Positions 20,499 through 30,463 of a stretch of 64,000 bases of DNA are shown one piece after another. Location of the stretch: positions 77,194-141,193 of the forward strand of contig CASGAB010000001.1 of assembly GCA_949299395.1 (NCBI GenBank), in the 5' to 3' direction. Position numbers and translations under genes: made by a program. The stretch comes from an uncultured bacterium (lineage in GTDB: Bacteria > Bacillota_I > Bacilli_A > RFN20 > CAG-826). The notes beneath the pieces are model-generated. The model worked only from the letters and a program-made list of their open reading frames with translations. It had not been told where the DNA came from and ran no database searches. Every line of letters starts with the position of its first letter. Within the stretch, counting starts at the first letter, position 1.

Positions 20499-21458
20499 AT
20501 GAATAAGAACGAATTATTAAATGTTTTAAAAGAATTTAGAGATAGCAAAGACAACGTTATTTTAATTGATGGAAAATGGGGTAGTGGTAAAACCTATTTA
20601 TTAAATGAATTTATTAAAGATTTTAAAACATGCCCAGTTTATTATGTTTCACTTTTAGGAAAAAGAAATATTGATGATATTAATACTTCTTTATATATGG
20701 AAGTCCATAAAGATCAAATCATTCAAAATGTTGTTCCAGTCGCTGTTTCTCCTTTTAATGATGAACCATCTTTAGATTATATTTTAAAACTTAACTCAAA
20801 ATCTAAATATTTAGTTATTTTAGATGACTTAGAAAGATATGGTTCAACTCATTATGATGAATTTTTATCTTATGTTTGTGCTTTAGTATTAAAAGGATCT
20901 AAAGTTATCGTTGTTTCTAATCTTTCTTATTTAGGAGCTGGAGAAAAATATAACTTTGAAATGTATAAAGAAAAAATCTTTGATCATGTTTATAAAGCCG
21001 ATTTATTCTCAACTTCATTACTTGAAAGAAAATTAGGAAAATATTTTGAAGCTTTTGACGAATCATTAATTTCTTTATTTAACGATAATATTAGAATCGT
21101 TGATAAAACCGCTGAATTTTTAGAAATTATTGATAATTCTTTATCATCTTTATTCCCTAAAGATAATGAATTAAAATCATTAATTTTCTACTCTTTAATA
21201 TTTTTAACAACTTTCTATAACGAAATCCCTCTTTCTTATCCAAAATTACAATTAAAAGGAAAAGAAGAAGAAAGAAAATATATTTTTTCTAAATGTGAAA
21301 ATGAAGAAGATGCTTGGGAAATCTTTAAAGATTATGAATTCTCTTTAAATATTGTTTCAAATTATAAAAAAGATAACCCATTAGACTTAGTTATTGGTAT
21401 TTATTTCTTATATATTTATGGAAAAGCCGATTATCTAGTTTCTTACTATCAAAAATAG
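20499..21458 (+). CDS. KAP-family P-loop NTPase
   Basis: Walker A IDGKWGSGKT, Walker B VILDDLER, YKEKIFD. Confidence 0.75.
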   Translation: MNKNELLNVLKEFRDSKDNVILIDGKWGSGKTYLLNEFIKDFKTCPVYYVSLLGKRNIDDINTSLYMEVHKDQIIQNVVPVAVSPFNDEPSLDYILKLNSKSKYLVILDDLERYGSTHYDEFLSYVCALVLKGSKVIVVSNLSYLGAGEKYNFEMYKEKIFDHVYKADLFSTSLLERKLGKYFEAFDESLISLFNDNIRIVDKTAEFLEIIDNSLSSLFPKDNELKSLIFYSLIFLTTFYNEIPLSYPKLQLKGKEEERKYIFSKCENEEDAWEIFKDYEFSLNIVSNYKKDNPLDLVIGIYFLYIYGKADYLVSYYQK

Positions 21459-21479
21459 ATAATTTTCCTACATTTAATC

Positions 21480-21508
21480 TTGATATTTATAAGATATTTA
21501 CATATAAT
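21480..21508 (+). promoter_or_regulatory. Sigma-A promoter of rpmE
   Basis: TTGATA-N17-TATAAT. Confidence 0.75.
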
Positions 21509-21514
21509 CTTGCT

Positions 21515-21567
21515 ACATGCTTTCTTTGAACTCAATTTAAAATGTTCAAGGCGGAAGGAGTAAAGAT
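21515..21567 (+). promoter_or_regulatory. rpmE leader hairpin (candidate L31 autoregulatory leader)
   Basis: CTTTC-TTTGAAC...GTTCAA-GGCGGAAG stem reaches into the SD AAGGAG. Confidence 0.5.
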
Positions 21568-21774
21568 ATGAAAGAAGGAATTCATCCAAAATACCAAAAA
21601 TGCCAAGTTACTTGCGTTTCTTGCGGTGCAACATTTGAAACTGAATCAACAACAAAAGAAATCAGAGTTGATACATGTTCAAATTGCCACCCATTCTATA
21701 CAGGTAAACAAAGATTTGTTCAAGCAGATGGTAGAGTTGATAAATTCAACAAAAAATACGGATTTAAAAAATAG
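21568..21774 (+). CDS. rpmE: 50S ribosomal protein L31, zinc-binding type
   Basis: MKEGIHPKY, CxxC...CxxC, HPFYTG. Confidence 0.97.
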   Translation: MKEGIHPKYQKCQVTCVSCGATFETESTTKEIRVDTCSNCHPFYTGKQRFVQADGRVDKFNKKYGFKK

Positions 21775-21790
21775 TTTAAATTTAAAAATT

Positions 21791-21818
21791 AAAAGCCACA
21801 GCATTGTGGCTTTTTTTC
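21791..21818 (+). terminator. Terminator after rpmE
   Basis: AAAAGCCACA/TGTGGCTTTT hairpin plus T-run. Confidence 0.75.
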
Positions 21819-21892
21819 TTAGTTTTTTAAGTATTAAAAATAAGTAAAAAATGATATATTAATTGTTGGTTTTGAAAGAGAGAAAATAGCTT

Positions 21893-23482
21893 ATGGAAAA
21901 GAAAAGATTTTATATAACAACTCCAATTTATTATCCATCAGGAAATGCTCATATTGGACATGCTTATTGCACAACTTTATGTGATGTTTTTGCTCGTTAT
22001 AAAAGAATGAGACACTTTGAAACTTTCTTTTTAACAGGTACTGATGAACACGGTTTAAAAATTGAAAAAAATGCTAAGGCTGAAGGAAAAAACCCTCAAG
22101 AATATGTTGATGAAATAGTCGCTAAATTTAAAGATTTATGGAAAGTTATGGAAATTTCTAATGATGATTTTATTAGAACAACCGATCCAAAACATATTAG
22201 TGTTATTCAAAAAGTTTTCTCTCACATGATTAAAAATGATGATGTATATTTAGGAAGTTATTCTGGATGGTATTGTATTCCTTGCGAATCTTTTTGGACT
22301 GATACACAAGTTGGTGAAGAACATCTTTGTCCTGATTGTCATAGAGAAGTAGTAAAACAAGAAGAACCTTGCTTATTCTTTAAAACTAAAAAATATTTAC
22401 CAGAGTTAACTGCATTCTTTGATAAAGATAAGAGTGTTTATCCTCTTGGAAGAAAAACTGAAATGGTTAATAACTTTATTAAACCAGGTTTAGAAGATTT
22501 ATGTGTTTCTAGAACTTCATTTTCTTGGGGTGTTCCAATTAATGAATATGAAGGACATGTCTCTTATGTTTGGGTTGATGCCTTATTTAACTATGTTTCA
22601 GCTTTAAATTATCTTCAAGAAGATGACTCCTTATTCCAAAAATTCTGGCAAAGCGAAGAAAGTGAAATAATTCACGTTATTGGTGCGGACATCACTCGTT
22701 TCCATACAATTTATTGGCCTGAATTCTTAACATCAATGGGTTTAAGACTTCCAGATAGAGTATTTGTTCATGGATTATTAATGATGAAAGATGGAAAAAT
22801 GTCTAAATCAAAAGGAAACGTCGTATCCCCTTATCCATTAATTGAAAAATATGGTGTTGATGCTCTTAGATATTATTTAACTAGAGAAATTATTTTTGGT
22901 AATGATGGTCAATTTACTCCAGAACAATTCATTGATCGTATTAATATGGATTTAGTTAATAACTATGGAAACTTAGTTTCTAGAACAGTTTCAATGATTG
23001 AAAAATATTTTGAAGGAATCATCCCTACATATATTAAAGATATTAATGAACAAGATCATGAAATTGATGAACTTATTAAATTAACTATTTCTAAATATAT
23101 TAATGAACTCGACGATTTAAAAATTACTGAAGGATTTATTGATGTAATGAATTTAGTTAGTAGAGCTAATAAATATATTGAAGAAACAACCCCATGGGTT
23201 TTAGCAAAAGATCCATCAAAAGAAGAAAATTTAAGATCAGTTATGGCTCATTTAGCAAGAGTCTTATTCGTTTCAACAAAATTATTAGAACCAGTTTTAG
23301 TTAATAAGACAAAAGAAGTTTATACTCAACTTGGTTTAACTATTGAAGAAGCTGATTTTAATAATATTGAAAATGAAAACTTATTAGATAACAAAAAAGT
23401 CGAAAAAGGTACAATTTTATTCCCTCGACTCGATGTTAATAAAGAAGTTGAATACGTTAAATCATTAATGGTTAGTAAATAA
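21893..23482 (+). CDS. metG: Methionine--tRNA ligase, short form without the C-terminal tRNA-binding domain
   Basis: YITTPIYY, HIGH, KMSKS, zinc knuckle. Confidence 0.96.
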   Translation: MEKKRFYITTPIYYPSGNAHIGHAYCTTLCDVFARYKRMRHFETFFLTGTDEHGLKIEKNAKAEGKNPQEYVDEIVAKFKDLWKVMEISNDDFIRTTDPKHISVIQKVFSHMIKNDDVYLGSYSGWYCIPCESFWTDTQVGEEHLCPDCHREVVKQEEPCLFFKTKKYLPELTAFFDKDKSVYPLGRKTEMVNNFIKPGLEDLCVSRTSFSWGVPINEYEGHVSYVWVDALFNYVSALNYLQEDDSLFQKFWQSEESEIIHVIGADITRFHTIYWPEFLTSMGLRLPDRVFVHGLLMMKDGKMSKSKGNVVSPYPLIEKYGVDALRYYLTREIIFGNDGQFTPEQFIDRINMDLVNNYGNLVSRTVSMIEKYFEGIIPTYIKDINEQDHEIDELIKLTISKYINELDDLKITEGFIDVMNLVSRANKYIEETTPWVLAKDPSKEENLRSVMAHLARVLFVSTKLLEPVLVNKTKEVYTQLGLTIEEADFNNIENENLLDNKKVEKGTILFPRLDVNKEVEYVKSLMVSK

Positions 23483-23538
23483 AAATGATGGCATTAAGCC
23501 ATCTTTTTATTAAGGATGGAAAAACATATAATTAAGTT

Positions 23539-23835
23539 ATGGAAAAATTTGATTTTAATTTACCTTTAGACTTAACAAATATTAATGAAATTTTAGTTTC
23601 TTTTAATGATGAAGAAGTCATTTTTACTAAATTTAAAGTTTATGAAGAAATAATGACGCTTCAATTTTTAGAAAACGGCGGCGTTCAAATGGTAAAGGAA
23701 TCGAGTTTTGTCGTTAAATTTCAAAATTTATATTTAGAAGTTTTAGAAGTTATCTATAAAGATAATAAAATGACAGCCAAAGAATTTATTGATACAATTC
23801 ATAGAGAAAATTTAATTAATCATAATTTTAAATAA
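23539..23835 (+). CDS. Hypothetical protein
   Basis: 98-aa ORF ending 3 nt before rlmD; no recognised motif. Confidence 0.55.
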   Translation: MEKFDFNLPLDLTNINEILVSFNDEEVIFTKFKVYEEIMTLQFLENGGVQMVKESSFVVKFQNLYLEVLEVIYKDNKMTAKEFIDTIHRENLINHNFK

Positions 23836-23838
23836 GAT

Positions 23839-25176
23839 ATGCAAAAAGAATTAGTTCATGTTAAATGTGTAGATTTTACTTTTGATGGGCAAGGCCTAGC
23901 AAAAGATAACAATAAAAGGACCTATTTTGTTCCTTCTCTTTTAATTGATGAAGAAGCAGATATTGAGGTTTTATATCATAAAAAAGATTATGATATTGGA
24001 AAAATAAAGAAATTAACAAAATTATCTGAATATAGAATTAATCCTAAATGTCCATGTGCAACTGCTTGTGGAGGATGTTGCTTTCAAAACTTATCTTACG
24101 AAAAAGAACTAGAATATAAAAGAAAAGTTGCGATAAATACATTAAAAGGTATTGCTAAAATTGATGTAAAAAACCCATCAATTGTTGGAATGGAAGATCC
24201 ATATTATTATCGCAATAAAATTCAAATTCCTTTTGGCTATGATAAGCAAAAAAGATTAGTTTATGGTTTCTATAAATTTAAATCTCACGATATTGTCCCA
24301 ATTACTGAATGCGTCATAGAAAGTAAAGAACACGTTTCAATATTAAAAAATATTAAAGATTTAATGCTTTCTATGAAAATTACTCCTTATGATGAAGATA
24401 AGGATGAAGGCATTTTAAGACATGTTTTAATTCGTGTTGGTAAAGTTTCTCATGAAATAATGGTTGTTTTAATTGTTAAAGAAAAACAATTTAAAAATAA
24501 AGGTGTCTTTGTTAAAGAATTAGTTAAGTTAAATCCTGAAATTACAACAGTTGTTTACAACTATAACGAAAGAAGAACGAATGTTATTTTGGGTGAAAAA
24601 GAAGAAGTCGCTTATGGGAGAGGATTTATTTTTGATTCACTTTTAGGAGTTAATTTTAAAATTTCTTCTAAATCTTTTTATCAAGTTAATCATGATCAAT
24701 GTGAAAAGCTTTATTCTTTAGGTATTTCAAAAGCTCATTTAACAAAAGATGATGAGATTTTAGATGCTTATTGTGGAATTGGAACGATTGGTTTAATTGC
24801 TTCTAAATATGTAAAAAGCGTTTTAGGTGTAGAAATTGTTAAAGAAGCAATCCAAGATGCAAATGAAAACGCAAAATTAAACATCATCACTAATGCAAAA
24901 TTTATTGTTAGCGATGCTAAAGATGTAATCTTAAAAAAAGCATATGACTGTGTATTTGTTGATCCTCCAAGAAAAGGATTAGATCCAAAGTTTTTAAAAG
25001 GAATTATGAATTCACATCCTAAAAAAATTATTTATATTTCATGTGATGTTTCTACGCTCGCTAGAGATTTATTAACCTTAAAGAAAAATTATTCTATCGA
25101 AAGCATTGATTTTGTTGATATGTTCCCTAGAACTTTCCACGTTGAAACTGTCTGTGTTTTAAATTTAATAAGATAA
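23839..25176 (+). CDS. rlmD: 23S rRNA m5U methyltransferase (RlmD/RumA family)
   Basis: TRAM domain, C-x5-CGGC Fe-S motif, FYQVN, DAYCGIG, VDPPRKG, YISC, DMFPRTFHVE. Confidence 0.93.
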   Translation: MQKELVHVKCVDFTFDGQGLAKDNNKRTYFVPSLLIDEEADIEVLYHKKDYDIGKIKKLTKLSEYRINPKCPCATACGGCCFQNLSYEKELEYKRKVAINTLKGIAKIDVKNPSIVGMEDPYYYRNKIQIPFGYDKQKRLVYGFYKFKSHDIVPITECVIESKEHVSILKNIKDLMLSMKITPYDEDKDEGILRHVLIRVGKVSHEIMVVLIVKEKQFKNKGVFVKELVKLNPEITTVVYNYNERRTNVILGEKEEVAYGRGFIFDSLLGVNFKISSKSFYQVNHDQCEKLYSLGISKAHLTKDDEILDAYCGIGTIGLIASKYVKSVLGVEIVKEAIQDANENAKLNIITNAKFIVSDAKDVILKKAYDCVFVDPPRKGLDPKFLKGIMNSHPKKIIYISCDVSTLARDLLTLKKNYSIESIDFVDMFPRTFHVETVCVLNLIR

Positions 25177-25189
25177 AAAGGAGATAACA

Positions 25190-25729
25190 ATGCAACATAA
25201 AGTTAAACTTACTGTTTTAAAAACCGAACTTTATAAGGATTTACAAAAAGAATATTGTTCAGATCCTAATGCAGGAGTTTGTCCTTTATATAAAGAGGGT
25301 CAAGAATTTATCTTCACTCGTTATAAAAATGAAGATACTTTTTGGACAATGGGTAAAGGAAGTCATTGTTCTGAAGCTTGGGATGCGATTTCTCGCTATA
25401 TTTATACTGGTCTTCAAGGTGGTTCAATAATGAATGGTTGGATGCAAAAAGAAAATGAGATGATAGCATGTTGTAATGATGGAACTCGTCCAGTAATTTT
25501 TAAGATTGAAAGACTAGATTATTTAGCACTTTATTTAGAAAAAATTAAAGATAAAAAAGATGTTAAAAAAGTTATTACATTTTTAAAGAAAATAAATGAT
25601 GTAAATGATGCAATTTATAACGAAGAAGGTAAATTTTTTGAAGTTTATGTACCTAAAAACTTTAATGAAAAAGTACTTAAATTTAAATTTATAAATTTTG
25701 ATGAATATAAGATTAATAATATTGAATAA
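25190..25729 (+). CDS. TIGR04076-like protein with a C-terminal HMA-like segment
   Basis: CP..KEGQEF, CSEAW, ACCNDGTRPVIFKIER. Confidence 0.65.
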   Translation: MQHKVKLTVLKTELYKDLQKEYCSDPNAGVCPLYKEGQEFIFTRYKNEDTFWTMGKGSHCSEAWDAISRYIYTGLQGGSIMNGWMQKENEMIACCNDGTRPVIFKIERLDYLALYLEKIKDKKDVKKVITFLKKINDVNDAIYNEEGKFFEVYVPKNFNEKVLKFKFINFDEYKINNIE

Positions 25730-25743
25730 AAGGAGAAGTAAAA

Positions 25744-26067
25744 ATGATTAAAGAAGGAACAGTTAAAAGAATTAAAAAATTTTCAGATGATAGAAATTTT
25801 AATCAATTTCATTCTCCTGCAAATTTAGCTAAATCTATTTCTATTGAAGCTAACGAACTTTTAGAATGCTTTCAATGGGATGAAGTTAATTATGATTTAA
25901 GTGAAGTTAAAGATGAAATTGCTGATGTTAGTGTATATATCGTTGATTTATGTTTGAAACTTGGACTCGATTTAGACGAAATTATCAATAAAAAAATGGA
26001 TAAAAACGAAGCTAAATATCCTGTTGAAAAAGCATATGGTAAAGCAACCAAATATACAAAACTATAA
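25744..26067 (+). CDS. MazG-like nucleotide pyrophosphohydrolase
   Basis: FHSPANLA, EANELLE, DEIADV, KYP. Confidence 0.88.
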   Translation: MIKEGTVKRIKKFSDDRNFNQFHSPANLAKSISIEANELLECFQWDEVNYDLSEVKDEIADVSVYIVDLCLKLGLDLDEIINKKMDKNEAKYPVEKAYGKATKYTKL

Positions 26068-26197
26068 AAATTTATCTTCTTGCTTGTCAAAATTGTAAAT
26101 TAGACTTAACATTATTAATAAGTTACAAAGCAATATAGTTATTCTCTTTTGTTTTAATTTTTAAAACACTATATTGTCTAATATTTTTCTCCTTTAT

Positions 26198-26227
26198 AAC
26201 CGGATGTTTTTAATATCCGGTTTTATT
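26198..26227 (+). terminator. Intrinsic terminator
   Basis: AACCGGAT/ATCCGGTT hairpin plus T-rich tail. Confidence 0.7.
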
Positions 26228-26309
26228 TTATTTATTAAATAGCATTATTAAAAAACTTAAATAATAATCTATAATAATTATAAATAATCTTTTAGGAGAC
26301 AAAACAATA

Positions 26310-28355
26310 ATGAAAAAAGAGTATGAATCACTATTTACCCCTTGGAAAATAGGAAATGTAACTATTAAAAATAGAATAGTTCTTTGTCCAATGGGTGGAA
26401 CTTCCCTTTTTGGTTGGATGAAACCAAATAATTTTGACAAAAAATCAGCAGAATTTTTCTTAGAAAGAGCAAGAAATAATGTTGGTCTTCTCATTCCTGG
26501 AATTGCTCCATTAAGAGATACAATTTTAGGAAAATGGCTCTACCAAAATAAGAAAATGTTCGATGAATTAAAGATCTATATGGATGAAATCCATAAAACT
26601 GGAGCAAAATTATTCGTTCAACTTACAGCTGGATTTGGTAGAAGTTTTGCTATTACAGAAAGTTTAAAAATTTTTGAAAAACAAAAATGGTTAGGCAAAT
26701 TATGTAAACCAATTATTGATACATCATATCTTTTAGCTTCACCTAGTGAATTACCATCAAGATGGGATCCAAGTATTACTTGTAGAGCTTTAACAGTTGA
26801 TGAAATTAAAGAAATTGTCGAAGCATATGCTAAAACTTCAAAAATGTTAATGGATGCTGGAGTTGATGGTGTTGAAGTTCATGCTGTTCACGAAGGTTAT
26901 TTATTAGATCAATTTACATTAAACTATACAAACCATAGAACCGATGACTATGGTGGAAGTTTTGAAAATAGATATCGTTTCCCAGTCGAAGTTGTTACTG
27001 CAATTAAAGAAAGATGTGGAAAAGACTTCCCTGTTTCATTAAGATTCTCGGTCATTTCAAAAACAAAAGGCTTTGATCATGGTGCTCTTCCTGAAGAAGG
27101 GGACAAATATGATGAAGTCGGTAGAAATTTAGAAGAAGGTTTAAAAGCTGCTAAATATTTACAAGACGCAGGTTATGACATGTTAAACTGCGATAATGGT
27201 ACATACGATGCTTGGTATTGGGCACATCCACCAGTATATATGCCTTATAACTGTAACTTAGAAGATGTCGCAGCATTAAAGAAAGTTGTTGATATTCCTT
27301 TAGTTTGTGCAGGTAAAATGACTTTAGACGTTGCTGCTGAAGCAATTGAAAAAGGAAAAATTGATGGCATGGGTGTTGCAAGACAATTCCTTACCGATGG
27401 CAAGTGGGTTACAAAAGTTTTAGAAGATAGAATTGAAGATATTATGCCTTGTATTCATTGCCATAATGCATGTTTCACTTTTGCTCATTATAAAGGTGTT
27501 GCTAATGATCAAGCATTTAGCGATGTTTCTCATATGGCAAGATGTGCATTAAATCCTGAAACTATGAATAACGGATATTACATCGAAAGAGCTGCTCATC
27601 CTAAACACATTGCTATTATCGGTGGTGGTATTGGTGGTATGGAAACCGCTAGAGTTGCTACTTTAAGAGGTCATAAGTGTACTATTTATGAAATGAGTGA
27701 CCATTTAGGTGGTGTTTTCTGTGAAGCTTCTAACTTTGATTTCAAAGAAGATGATAAACGTTTAATTAAATGGTATGAAAGACAAATGGAAACTTTAGGC
27801 GTTGAAATTAAATTAAATACCGAAGTTAAAGATGTCAAAGAATTAAAAGAAGATAAAGCAGTTATTGCTACTGGTGCAAAAGCTAAAGTTTTACCTGTTC
27901 CAGGTGCTGAAAAAGCTATTAGCGCATTAGATTATCTTAGAAATAAAGACCAAGTTGGTAATAAAGTTGTAATTATCGGCGGCGGTTTAACAGGTTGTGA
28001 AATCGGTTATGACTTATCATTAAGAGGAAAAGAAGTTGTTATTATTGAACAACAACAAGATTTAATGTGTGTTAGAGGTTTATGTTTAGCTAACTCTTCA
28101 TATTTAAGAGATTATTTCAAATTACATAATACTGAAGTCCATTTAGATAGCAGTGTTAAAGAAATTGGTGATGGAAATGTTGTTTTAACTGATATTAGAG
28201 GAAACCAATTCACTATTGATTGCGATACAGTTATCACATCAATTGGATATGATTCAAATCCATTAGCAAACGGCTTATTAGTTGGGGACGCAAATAAAGT
28301 TGGCAACTTAAGACATGTTATTTGGAGAGCTTATAAAGTAGCTATGGGCTTATAG
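26310..28355 (+). CDS. NADH:flavin oxidoreductase / 2-enoate reductase (OYE barrel, Fe-S and FAD domains)
   Basis: IKNRIVLCPM, HAVHEGYLL, RTDDYGGSFENR, CIHCHNAC...C, GGGIGG and GGGLTG Rossmann motifs. Confidence 0.9.
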   Translation: MKKEYESLFTPWKIGNVTIKNRIVLCPMGGTSLFGWMKPNNFDKKSAEFFLERARNNVGLLIPGIAPLRDTILGKWLYQNKKMFDELKIYMDEIHKTGAKLFVQLTAGFGRSFAITESLKIFEKQKWLGKLCKPIIDTSYLLASPSELPSRWDPSITCRALTVDEIKEIVEAYAKTSKMLMDAGVDGVEVHAVHEGYLLDQFTLNYTNHRTDDYGGSFENRYRFPVEVVTAIKERCGKDFPVSLRFSVISKTKGFDHGALPEEGDKYDEVGRNLEEGLKAAKYLQDAGYDMLNCDNGTYDAWYWAHPPVYMPYNCNLEDVAALKKVVDIPLVCAGKMTLDVAAEAIEKGKIDGMGVARQFLTDGKWVTKVLEDRIEDIMPCIHCHNACFTFAHYKGVANDQAFSDVSHMARCALNPETMNNGYYIERAAHPKHIAIIGGGIGGMETARVATLRGHKCTIYEMSDHLGGVFCEASNFDFKEDDKRLIKWYERQMETLGVEIKLNTEVKDVKELKEDKAVIATGAKAKVLPVPGAEKAISALDYLRNKDQVGNKVVIIGGGLTGCEIGYDLSLRGKEVVIIEQQQDLMCVRGLCLANSSYLRDYFKLHNTEVHLDSSVKEIGDGNVVLTDIRGNQFTIDCDTVITSIGYDSNPLANGLLVGDANKVGNLRHVIWRAYKVAMGL

Positions 28356-28364
28356 GGAGTTTAT

Positions 28365-29654
28365 ATGATTGACTATAAAATGGAATTAACCCAAGAACAA
28401 ATTGAGATATTAGAAGGCAAAAAAGGTGATACATTAAGAAAAATGATGGAAACTCTTGTTCTTTTTGGCGATATCTTTGGTGCAAAAAGAATGGTTCCTG
28501 TTACACACAAGACTGGTCATTTAGTTACATCTTTTGGTATTCCTCTTTTAAGACCTTTATATCAAACAATGGATGAAATTAATAACGAAGGTTTAAAAGC
28601 TGAAGGTGGATTTACTGTTGACCCAGCTCCAGTTGATTATGAAAACGTAAAATGTAATGTTATTGAAAAATTAGTTTTCAATAAGATTCTTTATGGAAAG
28701 CAAGCTCAATATACTGAACAAATGCTTAAAGCTGGTTTAGTTGACAAAGATTCTTTCTCTTGCACATGTTATTTAGAAGAATGTGGAAACAGACCTAAAA
28801 AAGGCGACATTCTTTCTTGGGCAGAATCTAGTGCTGTTGTTTTTGCTAACTCTGTTTTAGGTGCAAGATGTAATAGGAATTCAGGCATGCTTGATTTATT
28901 TGGTTCAATTATCGGTTATGTTCCTGAATTTGGATTGCTTTTAGATGAAAATAGAAAAGCAACATGGGTAGTAGAAGTTAAAACTACAAAAGTTCCTGAA
29001 GCTCAAATTTTAGGTTCAGCAATTGGTATGAAGGTTATGGAAGATGTGCCTTATATTGTTGGATTAGATAAATTCATTGGGTGTGAAATTGATCACGAAA
29101 ATGAAGCATATTTAAAAGATATGGGCGCTGCTAGTGCATCAAATGGTGCGGTTGGTTTATTCCATGTTGAAAATTTAACTCCTGAAGCAAAAGAATTAGG
29201 AGATAAATTGATTGTTCCAAATGCAAAACGCTATATTATTGATGATACGGAGTTAGATAGAGTTTATAAATCATATCCAAATATGTGGAAAACTAAAGAT
29301 GCAGGCCCAGAAATTACATTTATTGGCTGCCCACATTTAACTTATTATCAATTAAAGAAGTGGTGCGAAGATATTATTACTTCATTAAAGACAAATAATA
29401 AAAGGAAAGTTAATGGTCAGGTTATTTTAACCTCTGCCCCAAAAGTTAAGGCTAAATTTATTGCTGAAAACAAAGAATTATATGAAGTGGCAACAAAATT
29501 TGGTGTTAGACTTTCTTCAATTTGTCCACTCATGTATACAAATAATCCATTAGTTCATGGAAAAGCGATTTTAACTAATTCCAATAAGTTAAGAACTTAT
29601 TCAATGGCTAGATATTTTAAAGATGAAGAAATTTTATCTTTAATTACTAAATAG
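28365..29654 (+). CDS. Aconitase X catalytic subunit (DUF521)
   Basis: SCTCY, WAESSAVVFANSVLGARCNR, IGCPH, SICP, TNSNK. Confidence 0.85.
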   Translation: MIDYKMELTQEQIEILEGKKGDTLRKMMETLVLFGDIFGAKRMVPVTHKTGHLVTSFGIPLLRPLYQTMDEINNEGLKAEGGFTVDPAPVDYENVKCNVIEKLVFNKILYGKQAQYTEQMLKAGLVDKDSFSCTCYLEECGNRPKKGDILSWAESSAVVFANSVLGARCNRNSGMLDLFGSIIGYVPEFGLLLDENRKATWVVEVKTTKVPEAQILGSAIGMKVMEDVPYIVGLDKFIGCEIDHENEAYLKDMGAASASNGAVGLFHVENLTPEAKELGDKLIVPNAKRYIIDDTELDRVYKSYPNMWKTKDAGPEITFIGCPHLTYYQLKKWCEDIITSLKTNNKRKVNGQVILTSAPKVKAKFIAENKELYEVATKFGVRLSSICPLMYTNNPLVHGKAILTNSNKLRTYSMARYFKDEEILSLITK

Positions 29655-29669
29655 GAAGGAGGAAGAAAA

Positions 29670-30113
29670 ATGAAAACTTTTACAGGTAGAGTTATCGCAA
29701 AAGGTAATTTTAAAGGCGAAGCATGTGTATCTCATCAAGGTTTTAATACTCTTGCTTCTTTCCAAAAATCAGCTTTAATGAAAAAGAAAACAGTTACTGT
29801 TAGTGATCAAAACAACAAAGATTTATTTGGTCTTGATATTACAGGCAAAATTTTATGTTTACCAATTACCATTGGTTCAACAACCGGTGGATTAGTTATT
29901 CAAACTGTTTGTGATATGGGAATTAACCCTGCTGCATTCCTTTTTAGTGAAGAGATTGACTCTTTAGCAGCTAGCGGAATTGTTTTAGCGAAGGTTTGGC
30001 AAAATTCTCCTATTATTTGTGTTGATAAATTAGGAAAAGAATTTTTAGAAACAGTCAAAACTGGCGATAAGCTAGAAATTAAAGAAGAAGGAACAGTTAT
30101 TCTTTTAGACTAA
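29670..30113 (+). CDS. Aconitase X swivel subunit (DUF126)
   Basis: GRVIAKG..KGEA, GKILCLP.TIGST, PAAFLF. Confidence 0.85.
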   Translation: MKTFTGRVIAKGNFKGEACVSHQGFNTLASFQKSALMKKKTVTVSDQNNKDLFGLDITGKILCLPITIGSTTGGLVIQTVCDMGINPAAFLFSEEIDSLAASGIVLAKVWQNSPIICVDKLGKEFLETVKTGDKLEIKEEGTVILLD

Positions 30114-30127
30114 TTAGAACTGAAGCA

Positions 30128-30160
30128 ATAAAAAAAGTGAGTCCAACTCACTTTTTTATT
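30128..30160 (+). terminator. Terminator of the OYE-AcnX operon
   Basis: AAAAAAGTGAG/CTCACTTTTTT hairpin. Confidence 0.75.
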
Positions 30161-30217
30161 TTAGATTTTTTGAATTAATAAAGGAATTAAATAAGATAAA
30201 GAAATATTTTATTCTTA

Positions 30218-30360
30218 ATGTTTACAGCCTGTATAGTTTGATAAACATGATTAAAATTTCTGCCAGGCCATATAAATAAAATAATTAAGGGTGGGCCTTA
30301 ATTATTTTATTTAAAAGGATTATCCCTCCCTGTTTATCTATTTATATATAAACATGCTGC
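30218..30360 (-). ncRNA. Candidate 6S-like RNA (rod with central bubble)
   Basis: Nested inverted repeats 30218-30225/30348-30355, 30240-30247/30331-30338 and a perfect 18-bp 30273-30290/30296-30313; GGGAG and GGCCCACC on the minus strand. Confidence 0.35.
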
Positions 30361-30463
30361 GAGATGAAAAAATTTACACATAATATTGAAAAAAAATTAT
30401 AAAAATTAAAATTTGTATTTCGATTTTACGATATTTTGAAAAGTTAGATTTCAAATGAAACTT

